Source: an uncultured Clostridia bacterium (lineage in GTDB: Bacteria > Bacillota > Clostridia > Christensenellales > UBA1242). From it: DNA of 55,768 nucleotides. The DNA lies in assembly GCA_944377825.1 (NCBI GenBank), contig CALWGA010000040.1:1-55768 (forward strand), read 5' to 3'. Under the pieces are notes generated by a model that was not told where the DNA came from, did no database searches, and worked only from the letters and a program-made list of their open reading frames with translations. Positions 27,129 to 37,830 of this stretch are shown here, one piece after another. The translations under genes were made by a program, and so were the position numbers. Position 1 is the first letter of the stretch. Each line of letters opens with the position of its first letter.

Positions 27129-28098
27129 ATTTCAATTTTTTCAGCACAGATTTAAAATCTTTTGGATATGGAACGCCGAAAACAAAGTCTTTATCTAGTT
27201 CATTATTGTGAAATTTGATTTTTTTAAGATGCAAATAACTATGATTGTATAGGTCGTTTATTCCATAAATTTTATCGCCGATAAGTGGGTGGTTTATCGA
27301 AGAAGCGTGAAGGCGTATTTGATGAGTTCTGCCTTTAAAAATCTCCGCTTTAACAAACGTGAGAGAGTAGTTCTCTTTTACAATTTTTCTTTTATCTTTC
27401 ACATTAAGTGCGATTTTATTTATGACCATGCGAAAATTCCTATTAATCTTACACTTAAAATTTAAAAATTTCACATCTTTCAAGTTACAAAGTGGGGTGA
27501 AAGTGGTTTTTGCGTATTGACCAAAAGGCGAAACGATGCGTTTGCGATTGTTTATTCCATTTTCAATCACTGTGTAGATAGGTGCTTCCACAACTGTTTT
27601 CTTTGTCATATTGCCATGGCAAATGGCATAATATTCCTTTTCGATGTTCACCGTGTTTTGATAGGTTATTGTGTCTTTTGCAACAAGGATAAGCCCTGAT
27701 GCGTCTTTATCCAGCCTATTCATAATCCTAAGCGTGAAATTGTCGTCGTCTATATACGCGCAAATCATGCCTGCAAGGTTGTTGTGATAGTGACTGCGCG
27801 ATGGGGTGGTGGGAAGAAGGGCAGGCTTGTTGACAACAAGGTAGTAGTCATCTTCGTAGACGATGTTGAGTGGAGAGTAAATCTTTTCAATCTCCGTGCC
27901 TTTAAATGGATTGCGGTCTATTTTAAGAATGTCGCCAATTTTCAAGTTATGGTCAATATTCACTGCTTTGCCATTTATCATTATCGCGCCAAAATATGAG
28001 CGAAGGTTTTTGATAAAATGCTCACTGAAATTCTTTTGTTTCAAACATATATAGACGCTGTCATAATCTTTTTCGATTTTTATCTCTAAGTATTTCAT
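27127..28098 (-). CDS. RluA/RluD family pseudouridine synthase
   Basis: IVYEDDYYLVVNKP, NRLDKDASG (catalytic Asp), GRTHQIRLH, HPLIGDKIYG. Confidence 0.93.
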   Translation of the reverse strand: MKYLEIKIEKDYDSVYICLKQKNFSEHFIKNLRSYFGAIMINGKAVNIDHNLKIGDILKIDRNPFKGTEIEKIYSPLNIVYEDDYYLVVNKPALLPTTPSRSHYHNNLAGMICAYIDDDNFTLRIMNRLDKDASGLILVAKDTITYQNTVNIEKEYYAICHGNMTKKTVVEAPIYTVIENGINNRKRIVSPFGQYAKTTFTPLCNLKDVKFLNFKCKINRNFRMVINKIALNVKDKRKIVKENYSLTFVKAEIFKGRTHQIRLHASSINHPLIGDKIYGINDLYNHSYLHLKKIKFHNNELDKDFVFGVPYPKDFKSVLKKLK

Positions 28099-28191
28099 AA
28101 CAACCTATTTTAACATTTTTTACAAATATGTCAAAATAAATAAGGCAATTTACTTGACAAAATTTTGCTGTTATTTTATACTATCCATGTA

Positions 28192-28422
28192 AAAACGATG
28201 ATGAAAGACTAGTAGGTTTGTCATTTTTCCACAGAGAGCCCTTTTTGCTGAGATAGGGCGAAAAACACAAATTGAATTCACTTTCTAGTTGCTCCTTGAA
28301 CGGAAAACAAGTAGGGGATGTCGCGCGGGCAGGCGTAATTGCTTTAATAAGGTGCCTTTTGGCATGAAATTAGGTGGTACCACGATTTGATAATCGTCCT
28401 AATATTTTGGGGCGATTTTTTT
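28192..28422 (+). promoter_or_regulatory. Phe T-box riboswitch leader
   Basis: Downstream of TTGACA-17-TATACT. Stem I motifs AGAGA and GCTGAG; specifier GAA-TTC-A (Phe, 28277-28279); T-box AATTAGGTGGTACCACG; terminator AATCGTCCTAA..TTGGGGCGATT-TTTTT. Confidence 0.95.
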
Positions 28423-28462
28423 AATGCGAAGTGCCATAGTCGTTTGCTTATAAGGAGAGAAT

Positions 28463-29482
28463 ATGAAAGAAAAACTTGAACAAATTTTAAAAAATGCACA
28501 AAGCGAGATTGAAAAGTGCGACGATGTGAAAAGTCTTGACGAGGTTAGGGTTAAATATCTTGGCAAGCAAGGGGAACTCACAAGCATACTGCGCAATATG
28601 AAGGAAATTCCTCCAGAAGAAAGAAAAATGGTGGGTATGCTTGCAAACAGCGTTAGAGAGCAGGTGGAGAAGGCGCTTGGCGATAAAAATTCCATACTTG
28701 AAGAAGAGGCACTTGCAGAAAGTATGGAGAAGGAAAAGATTGATATAACCATGCCTGGAATTGGCGTGAAAAGGGGTGCATTACATCCACTTACTAGGTT
28801 TAACAACAAGTTTATGGATATTTGTGTTGAGATGGGTTTCACTGTTATTCAAGGACCAGAGATTGACACAGATTACTATAACTTTGAGGCGCTCAACGTG
28901 CCAAAGAACCATCCAGCACGCGATATGCAAGACTCGTTATATATCACTGACAATATTCTCTTGAGAACGCAAACGTCGAATATGCAGGTGCATGCGATGG
29001 AAGAACTTAAACCACCATTTAAGATTGTTTGCCCTGGCAGAGTTTATCGAAATGACGACGACAGTTCGCACTCGCCAATCTTCAATCAGTTTGAAGCGCT
29101 TGTGGTCGACGAAAATGTTGGGCTTAAAGACTTGATGAAGATGATTGACATAATCTTAAAGCGCTTGTTTGGCGAGAATGTTAAGATGCGCGTGCGACCA
29201 TCATACTTTCCTTTCACGGAGCCATCCATTGAAATTGATGCCACTTGCCAGATGTGTCAGGGTAAGGGTTGTTCGCTATGCAAGGGCACAGGCTTATCCG
29301 AAGTGTTCGGCGCGGGCGTGGTCAATCCAAAGGTTTTGGAGATGTCTGGAATCGACAGCAAAAAGTATAGCGGTTTTGCGTTCGGTCCGGGAATTGACAG
29401 AAGCGTTATGGTGACAAATAAAATTCCAAACATCAAATATTTGTTTAGAAATGATATGCGCTTCTTAAAGCAACTACGCTAG
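28463..29482 (+). CDS. pheS: phenylalanine--tRNA ligase alpha subunit
   Basis: NFEALN..HPARDMQD, LLRTQTS, PGRVYR, RPSYFPFTEPS, GFAFG. Confidence 0.99.
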   Translation: MKEKLEQILKNAQSEIEKCDDVKSLDEVRVKYLGKQGELTSILRNMKEIPPEERKMVGMLANSVREQVEKALGDKNSILEEEALAESMEKEKIDITMPGIGVKRGALHPLTRFNNKFMDICVEMGFTVIQGPEIDTDYYNFEALNVPKNHPARDMQDSLYITDNILLRTQTSNMQVHAMEELKPPFKIVCPGRVYRNDDDSSHSPIFNQFEALVVDENVGLKDLMKMIDIILKRLFGENVKMRVRPSYFPFTEPSIEIDATCQMCQGKGCSLCKGTGLSEVFGAGVVNPKVLEMSGIDSKKYSGFAFGPGIDRSVMVTNKIPNIKYLFRNDMRFLKQLR

Positions 29483-29524
29483 ATGTTGTTGTGTTATGCT
29501 TGCATACTACACTGTATATAGATT
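29476..29524. promoter_or_regulatory. tandem NrdR-box-like pair (copy 1)
   Basis: ACGCTAGATGTTGTTG and ACACTGTATATAGATT, starts 33 bp apart; core TTGCATACTAC. Confidence 0.5.
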
Positions 29525-29620
29525 TTGATTTTGCTATAAAGTGAACTAATTTGTAAAAGATAAAAAATTCTATTACTTATTATAATTATAAGAAAATTTC
29601 TATTCTAATAAGGAGACGAT

Positions 29621-32017
29621 ATGAAAATATCATATAACTTTTTGAAAGATTTTGTCGATATCAATGTTTCGCCTGAGGAACTTGCTGAAAAACTCTCCAC
29701 TTCTGGCTTTGAGGTGGAAGAGGTCATATATCAAAACGAGCATTTGCACGATGTGTATGTGGGCAAGATAACAAAAATGGAAAAGCATAAGGATGCCGAC
29801 AAACTTCAAGTCTGCACGGTGGATGTTGGTAGTAAAACTGTGCAAATAATAACATCTGCAACCAACGTTTTTGAAGGTGCAGTTGTTCCTGTGTCGCTTG
29901 AAGGCGCGGACCTATGCAACGGCGTGAAGATTAAGCCGACAAATTTCCGTGGTGTTGAAAGTGACGGCATGTTTTGCTCTGGCGAGGAACTTGGCATCGA
30001 TGAAAACTACATTGAAGGTGGCGGAGTAAATGGTATTTTGATTTTGCCAAACAGCATGAAGATAGGCGAAAAGATTGAAGATGCCTTACTTTTAAACGAT
30101 ATTGTTTTTGACATAAATATCACACCAAACCGACCTGATTGCAACAGCGTTATCGGTATTGCAAGAGAAATTTCGGCAATTTACAATCTTCCAATGAAAG
30201 AGATTGATTATTCTTTTAATACTTGTGGGGAGAATGTGAATGATTATATCTCAGTTGATGTGAAAACGAAAAAATGTCCGCGATATATGGCGGCGTATGT
30301 CAAAGACTTAAAACTCACGCGCTCGCCACTTTGGATGAGGTCGAGACTTTTTGCATGCGGAATTAAGCCGATAAACACCATTGTTGACATCACAAATTAC
30401 ATCCTTCTTGAGCAAGGTCAACCTATGCACGCGTTTGAGTATAAGCATTTAAGTGGTAAAAAGATTATCGTTCGCGACGCTAAAAAGGGCGAAAAGATTG
30501 CGGTTTTGAACGGAAACACCTATGAACTTGATGAGAACGACATGGTTATTGCTGACAGCGAAAAGCCAGTTGTGATTGCAGGCGTTATCGGCGGAGTTAA
30601 TTCTTGCGTTGAGCCTAACACCACGGAAACTGTTTTTGAGTGCGCGGTTTTTGACCTTAAAAGTGTGCGACTTACAAGCAGAAAAATCGGCGTAAGCACC
30701 GACTCTTCACTTCGATATTCAAAGGGCGTATATGTTGACACTCCTATTTGTGCCTTAAAGCGTGCGTTACATTTTGTCGACAAACTGGGCGCTGGAAAGA
30801 TTGTGAACGGCATTATCGATAAGTGCAGTGTGAAAACCAAAAAGCGCTCTTTCACGGCGTCTATGAGTAGAATTGACAGAATTTTAGGTGTGAAGATAGA
30901 GCGAGATAGGGTGCTTCAAATACTAAATAGCCTTGGTCTCAATGCAACTCTCTCAGGCGACAATCTTCATGTTGAGCCACCATACTATCGCGAGGACATC
31001 GAGTGTGAAAACGACATCGCGGAAGAACTCATTCGAATTTATGGATATGATGTCTATAACAATCTTGATGGCGAGGCGTTTGAAAATTCCTCCGTCACAA
31101 TCGGTGCGTATGAACCGCGTTTGGTTTTTGAAAATAATTTGAAGAATGAACTTGTTGATTTCGGTTTCTATGAAACGCTGAACTATTCGCTCTACTCTTC
31201 CACGGCGTGCGAAAAACTTTTGATAAATGACGAAAGAAAGAATGTTATCAAAATAGCAAATCCAATTAGTGAGGAACTTTCAACTGTCAGAACGGTTATG
31301 GCACATGCACTCTTACTTGACATCAAATTTAATCTTTCTGTTGGTAATAAAGATTTGCGTTTCTTTGAGGTGGGCAGGATTTATCTTCCAAAATCTTTGC
31401 CACTCACTGAACTTCCTGTCGAAAATAATCGTCTTTCGATTGCAGTTTGCGAAGATGGGTATAATTTCTTTATGCTCAAAAATGTGGTTGGAAACCTACT
31501 TATCACAACTTCACTAAACTACAAACTTGTTCGCTCCACTGAGCCATATTTGCACAACGGAATGAGTGCGGACATCATTGCCGAAGATGGCAAAAAGGTG
31601 GGGTATTTTGGCAAAATTCATCCAAAAGTTTTGAAAAACTATGATATTTCACACGATGTCTATTATGCCGAACTTGACACTGACTATCTCTCCAGTCTCA
31701 AAGAAAAGACCTACAGCGTGAAAGAGGTTTCAAAGTTTGCTGAGGTGGAAAGGGATATTGCGGTTGTTGTGGATGAGGATGTGACAAATGAGCAAATTTC
31801 GTCTGCCATCAAGTCGGCGTGCGGAAAACTCTTTAATGGCGTCACTCTCTTCGATGTTTACAGAAGCGATAGTCTAGGCGAAAACAAGAAGAGTTTGGCG
31901 TATAAAATTCATCTTTTAAATGAAGAAAAGACGATGACTGCTGACGAAATCAACGCTGTTATCAATAAGGTTTTGAAGAGTTTGGAATATCGCTATAAGG
32001 CAAAACTGCGCGCGTAG
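29621..32017 (+). CDS. pheT: phenylalanine--tRNA ligase beta subunit
   Basis: H.DADKL, ITPNRPDC, VDITNY..GQPMHAF, IAEELIRIYGY, FDVY, KSLAY. Confidence 0.99.
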   Translation: MKISYNFLKDFVDINVSPEELAEKLSTSGFEVEEVIYQNEHLHDVYVGKITKMEKHKDADKLQVCTVDVGSKTVQIITSATNVFEGAVVPVSLEGADLCNGVKIKPTNFRGVESDGMFCSGEELGIDENYIEGGGVNGILILPNSMKIGEKIEDALLLNDIVFDINITPNRPDCNSVIGIAREISAIYNLPMKEIDYSFNTCGENVNDYISVDVKTKKCPRYMAAYVKDLKLTRSPLWMRSRLFACGIKPINTIVDITNYILLEQGQPMHAFEYKHLSGKKIIVRDAKKGEKIAVLNGNTYELDENDMVIADSEKPVVIAGVIGGVNSCVEPNTTETVFECAVFDLKSVRLTSRKIGVSTDSSLRYSKGVYVDTPICALKRALHFVDKLGAGKIVNGIIDKCSVKTKKRSFTASMSRIDRILGVKIERDRVLQILNSLGLNATLSGDNLHVEPPYYREDIECENDIAEELIRIYGYDVYNNLDGEAFENSSVTIGAYEPRLVFENNLKNELVDFGFYETLNYSLYSSTACEKLLINDERKNVIKIANPISEELSTVRTVMAHALLLDIKFNLSVGNKDLRFFEVGRIYLPKSLPLTELPVENNRLSIAVCEDGYNFFMLKNVVGNLLITTSLNYKLVRSTEPYLHNGMSADIIAEDGKKVGYFGKIHPKVLKNYDISHDVYYAELDTDYLSSLKEKTYSVKEVSKFAEVERDIAVVVDEDVTNEQISSAIKSACGKLFNGVTLFDVYRSDSLGENKKSLAYKIHLLNEEKTMTADEINAVINKVLKSLEYRYKAKLRA

Positions 32018-32255
32018 AAACTTTACAAGTTGCTTTATAAAAATTTTACAACTTCTCTTTGTTATTAAATTTCTTTATGGTATTACATGTATATATAATA
32101 TATTTGTGTATACTAATAATACCTATTTAAATACGGCTCATTTACGACAAAAATCGCAAAAAATCTTTTTGGCGTGAATGTTGAAAGTTTTTTAGGCTAA
32201 ATAAAGGATATATTAATTAAAATAAATAAAGGATAATATTAAATAAAGGAGCGAT

Positions 32256-33377
32256 ATGATTTTTCTTGACAATGCGGGAACAACATCGATGTTTAAGGAA
32301 TGTGTGGAAATATATTCTTTTTACGCATGCGATGAGTTCTATAATCCTTCCGCGGTTTCAAGAATAAGCGCCTTTGTGCATGCTAAACTTGATGAGGTTA
32401 GGCGCGATGTGTTAAAAAGACTCGGCGCAATCAAAGGTTCGGTCATCTTCACTGGCGGTGCAACTGAGAGCAACAATCTTGCCATTAAGGGCGCGGTCAA
32501 AAATGGTGACTTTGAGTATGTTTTTTCAAGTGGCGAGCATCCATCTGTCTACAACGTGGCTAGGGCGTTAGAATTGGAAGGGAAAAAGGTTCATTTTGTG
32601 AATTTGGACAAGGATGGGCGTGTCAATCTTAGCGAATTAGAAAAGGTGATAAATAACAAGACAAGGCTTATAAGTTGTATGCTTGTCAGCAACGAAACTG
32701 GCGCGATTAATGATATAAAAAAGATTGTGGAGTTAAAAAATCGTCTTGCTCCAAGGGCGCTTGTTCATGTTGATGCGGTGCAAGGCTTTATGAAGATTCC
32801 TTTTTCGGTGGAAGATTTAGGCGTGGACGTGCTTTCGTTTAGCGCGCATAAATTTCATGGACCGAAGGGAGTTGGTGGGCTTTACATTCGTTCGCTTCAA
32901 CTTATTAAAAACATCATCGAGGGTGGCGGACAGGAGTTTGGGCTTCGCTCTGGCACAGAGAATGTTCCAGGAATTATGGCTATGCAGACCGCACTTTCGA
33001 AGATTGATGTTAAAGAAAATTACAAACATGTTTCAAAATTAAAAGAGAAATTTAACTATATTCTTGAGAATGAAAGTGGCATTAAAGTGCTAGATTTTCA
33101 CGGCTCGCCATACATAGAGGTTTTGATTTTTAGTGGTGTGAAAGGCGAGACCATGCTTCACGCTTTGGAAGAAAAGAGCGTCATTGTTGGTCTTGGCAGT
33201 GCATGTTCGGCGAAAAAGGCAGGGAATAGAATTTTAGAAAATATAGGATATAATAAAGATGAGATTTTGTCCTCTTGTCGAGTTAGTTTCAATGCGTATA
33301 TGAGCGAAAGTGAGATTGAAGAGGCAGGCAAAATTATTGCTATGGTTTACAAGGATATGTTAAAGAGGTTGAGTTAA
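32256..33377 (+). CDS. cysteine desulfurase (IscS/NifS class V PLP enzyme)
   Basis: FLDNAGT, FTGGATESNN, EHPSV, HVDAVQ, SAHKFHGPKG, RSGTEN, GSACS. Confidence 0.95.
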   Translation: MIFLDNAGTTSMFKECVEIYSFYACDEFYNPSAVSRISAFVHAKLDEVRRDVLKRLGAIKGSVIFTGGATESNNLAIKGAVKNGDFEYVFSSGEHPSVYNVARALELEGKKVHFVNLDKDGRVNLSELEKVINNKTRLISCMLVSNETGAINDIKKIVELKNRLAPRALVHVDAVQGFMKIPFSVEDLGVDVLSFSAHKFHGPKGVGGLYIRSLQLIKNIIEGGGQEFGLRSGTENVPGIMAMQTALSKIDVKENYKHVSKLKEKFNYILENESGIKVLDFHGSPYIEVLIFSGVKGETMLHALEEKSVIVGLGSACSAKKAGNRILENIGYNKDEILSSCRVSFNAYMSESEIEEAGKIIAMVYKDMLKRLS

Positions 33378-34537
33378 TGGAAGAAAGAAAGGTATTACTA
33401 CTTAAATTTGGCGAACTGTTTTTAAAGGGCAAAAATAAACGCGATTTTGAAAGGTTGCTCATGGACAACATCAGGCGAAAACTTGCGGGCTATAATTTTT
33501 CAATGGAATACACAAGCGGTAGGATTGTTATCGAAAATTACGATGAGATAGAAGAGAGTGTTATCGTAGAAAAGTTAAAAACGGTTTTTGGGCTTATCGG
33601 CATTGCAAAGGCAGTGGAGATTGACGGCGACTATGAAAATATAAAAAAGTATGTTTCTTCCATCAAACTTTCTGGCACTTTTAGGGTAAGCGCGAAACGC
33701 GCCGACAAACGCTTTCCTATGACTTCGGTGGAAATAGAGAGAAATTTGGGCGAGGTGCTTTTAAATTCCAACGAAAATTTGAAAGTTGACCTGCACACTC
33801 CAAAGACTATTCTCTATGTGGAAGTGCGATTTAACGGCAAGTGCTATATCTATCATAAAAACATCAAGTGCGCTGGCGGACTACCACTCGGCTCGGGCGG
33901 TGAGGCGCTCCTTCTTCTCTCAGGCGGTATCGATAGTCCTGTCGCTGGCTACCTTATGGCAAAGCGTGGGCTTAAAATTCAAGCGGTTCATTTCCACTCC
34001 TACCCATACACCAGCGAGCAAGCCAAGGAGAAGGTGATAAAACTTGCGCGAGAACTAACGGACTATGTCGATGAGATCAAATTACATATCGTTTCTTTCA
34101 CGAAAATTCAAGAGCAAATTCATATGAATTGTGACTCAGAATATATGATAACAATCATGCGCCGGATTATGATGCGTATCTCTGAGAAGATTTGTGAGCG
34201 TGAGAACTTGGGCGCGATTATCACAGGTGAGAGTTTAGGGCAGGTTGCCAGCCAAACCATGCAAAGCATAAATGTCACAAACTCTGTCGTATCTCTTCCA
34301 GTTTTTAGACCGCTCATCGCTTTTGATAAAGAGGACATTATGGACATCGCAAATAAGATTGGCACATATGAGACCTCCATTTTGCCATACGAAGATTGTT
34401 GTACGGTGTTTTTGCCAAAACATCCTGTCATTAAGCCGACGATAAAACGCGCTGAACATTTGGAAAAATTTTTAAATATAGATGCGCTTGTCAAGGAGGC
34501 GATAGAGACCGAAGAGGTTATATTGATAAAAGGATAA
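33377..34537 (+). CDS. thiI: tRNA 4-thiouridine(8) synthase
   Basis: GELFLKGKN, THUMP region, LLSGGIDSPVA, GESLGQVASQT, PYEDCC. Confidence 0.97.
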   Translation: MEERKVLLLKFGELFLKGKNKRDFERLLMDNIRRKLAGYNFSMEYTSGRIVIENYDEIEESVIVEKLKTVFGLIGIAKAVEIDGDYENIKKYVSSIKLSGTFRVSAKRADKRFPMTSVEIERNLGEVLLNSNENLKVDLHTPKTILYVEVRFNGKCYIYHKNIKCAGGLPLGSGGEALLLLSGGIDSPVAGYLMAKRGLKIQAVHFHSYPYTSEQAKEKVIKLARELTDYVDEIKLHIVSFTKIQEQIHMNCDSEYMITIMRRIMMRISEKICERENLGAIITGESLGQVASQTMQSINVTNSVVSLPVFRPLIAFDKEDIMDIANKIGTYETSILPYEDCCTVFLPKHPVIKPTIKRAEHLEKFLNIDALVKEAIETEEVILIKG

Positions 34538-34628
34538 CTTTTTTGTCGTTTCCATATATTCAAAATTATCAATATTTATGAAATCAAAAATCATAATTTT
34601 TCATTTTTCTAAATTTATATAAAAAATT

Positions 34629-34724
34629 AATGTATAAATATGCATAAAATCGCTTGCATATTTATTTATTTTATTGTATAATAATTAAAACGAAATGAAT
34701 AAACATAAATTTATATTTATTCAT
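34629..34724 (+). promoter_or_regulatory. argR promoter with ARG-box-like operators
   Basis: TGTATAAATATGCA, TGCATATTTATTTA, TGAATAAACATAAA and TTTATATTTATTCA resemble TGAATAAWWATTCA and flank TTGCAT..TATAAT. Confidence 0.7.
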
Positions 34725-34776
34725 AAATCTCTACAAGTGCGTAAAATAGGCGCTTGTAGGCGTTAAGGAGAAAGAG

Positions 34777-35229
34777 ATGGCAAGGAGTTTAAGACAATCG
34801 AAAATCTTAGAATTAATATCTGTTAAGGAGATTGAAACGCAGGATGAACTGGCAAAAGAGTTAAAAAATGCCAACTTTGACATCACGCAAGCGACAATCT
34901 CAAGGGATATTAAGGAACTTGGACTCACCAAAATTCTTTCGCCGAGCGGAAAATATAAGTATGCGATTTTGGGGAGCGAAGGTCAGGGCGTTTCAAGTAA
35001 GTATATCAACATCTTCAAAGAGTGCGTCATCTCTGTGAAAAATGCCTTGAATCTTGCCGTTATAAAAACGATTAAAGGTATGGGCGGAAGCGTGGCTTCA
35101 TTTATCGACAAACTCAACCTAATCGAACTTATGGGCACAACCTTTGGCGATGACACCGTGCTTTTAGTTTTTCCATCAACCGCTCTGTCAAGTGAGGCGG
35201 TTGTCACTCTCAATAATATTTTGGCTTAG
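34777..35229 (+). CDS. argR: arginine repressor
   Basis: RQSKILELI, IETQDEL, TQATISRDIKEL, GDDT. Confidence 0.96.
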   Translation: MARSLRQSKILELISVKEIETQDELAKELKNANFDITQATISRDIKELGLTKILSPSGKYKYAILGSEGQGVSSKYINIFKECVISVKNALNLAVIKTIKGMGGSVASFIDKLNLIELMGTTFGDDTVLLVFPSTALSSEAVVTLNNILA

Positions 35230-35239
35230 GAGGAAGAGT

Positions 35240-36889
35240 ATGCTTTCTTCTCTTTTTATTTCAAATTTTGCACTTATTAAAAATTGTGAGGTTAATTTTA
35301 ATAAGGGTTTCAATGTTATTCTTGGTCAATCGGGCGCTGGTAAAAGCATTTTGATTGAGGCAATAAGTTTTGTGCTTGGCGCTAAGGCGGACAAAACGCT
35401 TCTTCGCACAGGCGAAAATCTTATGAAAGTTGAAGCAGTTTTCGATGATGTCAGCGAAAAGACTAAAAGTAAACTTGAAGAACTTGGCATAGACTCTGAC
35501 GACGAACTTGTCATCTCGCGCACGCTGAACTCGGACGGCAAAAGCGTGATACGCGTCAATGGCTCGGTTGTTGTTTTGAAAGCGCTTAAAGAAATAACGG
35601 CGGACTTTGTTGATTTTTGTGGTCAGCATGACAGCATTGGGCTAATCAACACCAACAATCATCTTGCCTTTCTTGATAAATTTATCGGCAGTGATGTTGA
35701 CGGATACTTGACACAACTAGACGGATATTTCAATGAGTTAAACGAAATTGAGAAAAAGATTAAGGCGCTGGGCGGAGATGACAGCGAACGCAACAGGCTT
35801 AAAGAGATTTTAAGATTTCAAATTGAAGAAATTGAAAGTGCTAACCTTACGCTTGGCGAAGAAGAGGAACTACGCGATAAATTCAATTACATATCTTCGG
35901 CGGAAAAGATAAGTGAAAATGTCGGCGAGGCGCTTAATAAAATTGAAAAAGACAACTTTTCTGCATCTAGTCTTGTTTTTGAAGCAAAGAGTGCTCTCTC
36001 AACATTAGGCGAATTTCAAAACATCTCCGAGTGTCAGGACAGGCTTGAAAGTGTATATTTTGAACTTAAGGACATCGCCGAGACTTTGGAAGGCGTGCTT
36101 GACAGCACCAACTATGACCCTGTGGAACTAGAGCGTATCGACAAACGCCTTGATTTAATCAAAGATTTAAAGCGAAAGTATGGCAAAAACATCGAGGAAA
36201 TTTTAAAATTTTTAGACGATGCGAAACAGAGACTAGAAGAACTAAGTGGCAGCGAAGAACTTTTAGTGAAGTTGAGCGTGCAAAAGGGTGCGGTGTTAAA
36301 TAAGATTGCAGAAACATCCTCAAAACTTTCCACTCTAAGAAAAGAAAAGGCGCATGGGCTAGAAAAGAGAATTGAAAATGAACTAAATGACCTTCAAATG
36401 AAAGGCACAAGTTTTAAGGTGAATTTTGAGAAATGCGAGCCAACACGCAAAGGTCAAGATTTAGTTAAGTTTATCTTTTCGGCGAATGTTGGAGAAGAGT
36501 TAAAAGATTTGTCTAAAACTGCGTCTGGTGGCGAACTTTCAAGACTCCTTCTTGCGTTTAAAAATATCATGCTAGATAAAGAAAGCACTGTCGTTTTTGA
36601 TGAGATAGACTCCGGCATAAGCGGTCAGACAGCAGGAAAGGTAGCTGAGAAGCTAAAAAATATCTCAAAATACCTACAAACAATCTGCATTACGCACACG
36701 CCGGTGGTGGCAAGCAAGGGCGACGAGTTTATTTTGGTTGAAAAGCACACCGAAAATGGCGAAACAATATCAACAGCAAGGTCGATTAAAGGCGAAGAGA
36801 TTGTGAAAGAGATTGCAGGACTTATCGATGGCAATGAAAACATCTCCACAACCGCATTAAACCACGCGAAAGAATTATTATCGAAATAG
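35240..36889 (+). CDS. recN: DNA repair protein RecN
   Basis: NFALI, GQSGAGKS, GQHD, ASGGELSR, FDEIDSG, ITHTP; ATG 35240 after AGGAGG. Confidence 0.97.
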   Translation: MLSSLFISNFALIKNCEVNFNKGFNVILGQSGAGKSILIEAISFVLGAKADKTLLRTGENLMKVEAVFDDVSEKTKSKLEELGIDSDDELVISRTLNSDGKSVIRVNGSVVVLKALKEITADFVDFCGQHDSIGLINTNNHLAFLDKFIGSDVDGYLTQLDGYFNELNEIEKKIKALGGDDSERNRLKEILRFQIEEIESANLTLGEEEELRDKFNYISSAEKISENVGEALNKIEKDNFSASSLVFEAKSALSTLGEFQNISECQDRLESVYFELKDIAETLEGVLDSTNYDPVELERIDKRLDLIKDLKRKYGKNIEEILKFLDDAKQRLEELSGSEELLVKLSVQKGAVLNKIAETSSKLSTLRKEKAHGLEKRIENELNDLQMKGTSFKVNFEKCEPTRKGQDLVKFIFSANVGEELKDLSKTASGGELSRLLLAFKNIMLDKESTVVFDEIDSGISGQTAGKVAEKLKNISKYLQTICITHTPVVASKGDEFILVEKHTENGETISTARSIKGEEIVKEIAGLIDGNENISTTALNHAKELLSK

Positions 36890-37075
36890 TAATCATCTTT
36901 TTTATACAATCATTTTGAACTAGAAATATAAAAATATTCTAATTAAAAAAATTATAAGACCTTTTCAACTTTTGAATGTTAAGAAAAGAGAACATTCTAT
37001 CCAATGTCTTAATTATTTTTTAATTTTATTAAAAACTAATGACAAACAGTAATAATGTGTGGTATAATATAAAAT

Positions 37076-37810
37076 ATGAAAAAAAGTGCATACGATATAG
37101 ATATCTTCTTTAAAGATTATGTTTTAAATAATAGTAAATTTTCTTTTGATAGAGCGGTAGTCTTAAAAGAAAATTTAAAAAATAAAAAAATAACATCAAT
37201 TTTAGATTTGGCTTGTGGCACAGGCCTGTTTTTAAATGAGATGGCCAAAAATTTTGATTTAAAATATGGCGTAGGTCTAGATTTGAGCGAGAACATGATA
37301 AAATATGCTAAAAATCATAATCAATCACAAATTTTGGAATTTATTAAAGGAGATATGACCGATTTTTGCTTGAAAAAAACCTTTGATCTAATAACTTGTA
37401 ACTATGATGCAATCAACCATCTTAACTTATTTGAAGATTGGCAAAAGATGTTTGATAAAGTTTATGAGCACTTAAATAGTGGTGGGATTTTTACTTTTGA
37501 TTTTAATACTTTATTAAAGTTAAAGAATTTTAATAGAGATTCATACTATGAATGTGAAGATTATAATTGTGTATGGCACAATACAAACAAAAATAATAAG
37601 TTTAATTTTAATTTTTCATACTATGTAAAACAAAAAAATGGAAACTATAAACTAATAAAATCAAGTCAAACCGAATCCACATTCTCTCATAAATTGATAA
37701 CTAAAGCACTTAAATTATCAGGCTTTAACCATATTGAATTTTGTGATAAAAATTTTAAAAAATGCTGTCCAAACAAAGTTTTTAGATGCTTTGTTATTTG
37801 TAAAAAATAG
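37076..37810 (+). CDS. class I SAM-dependent methyltransferase
   Basis: ILDLACGTG, GLDLSENMI, GDM, FDLITC..DAINHL, GGIFTFD. Confidence 0.92.
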   Translation: MKKSAYDIDIFFKDYVLNNSKFSFDRAVVLKENLKNKKITSILDLACGTGLFLNEMAKNFDLKYGVGLDLSENMIKYAKNHNQSQILEFIKGDMTDFCLKKTFDLITCNYDAINHLNLFEDWQKMFDKVYEHLNSGGIFTFDFNTLLKLKNFNRDSYYECEDYNCVWHNTNKNNKFNFNFSYYVKQKNGNYKLIKSSQTESTFSHKLITKALKLSGFNHIEFCDKNFKKCCPNKVFRCFVICKK

Positions 37811-37830
37811 TAAAAGAATTGGAGTTAAGC

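Noticed and set aside
28399-28842. 147-aa minus-strand ORF, and the many similar antisense ORFs such as 18310-19221 and 14256-14813
   Set aside because: They overlap conserved core genes on the opposite strand and have no recognisable motifs or SD.
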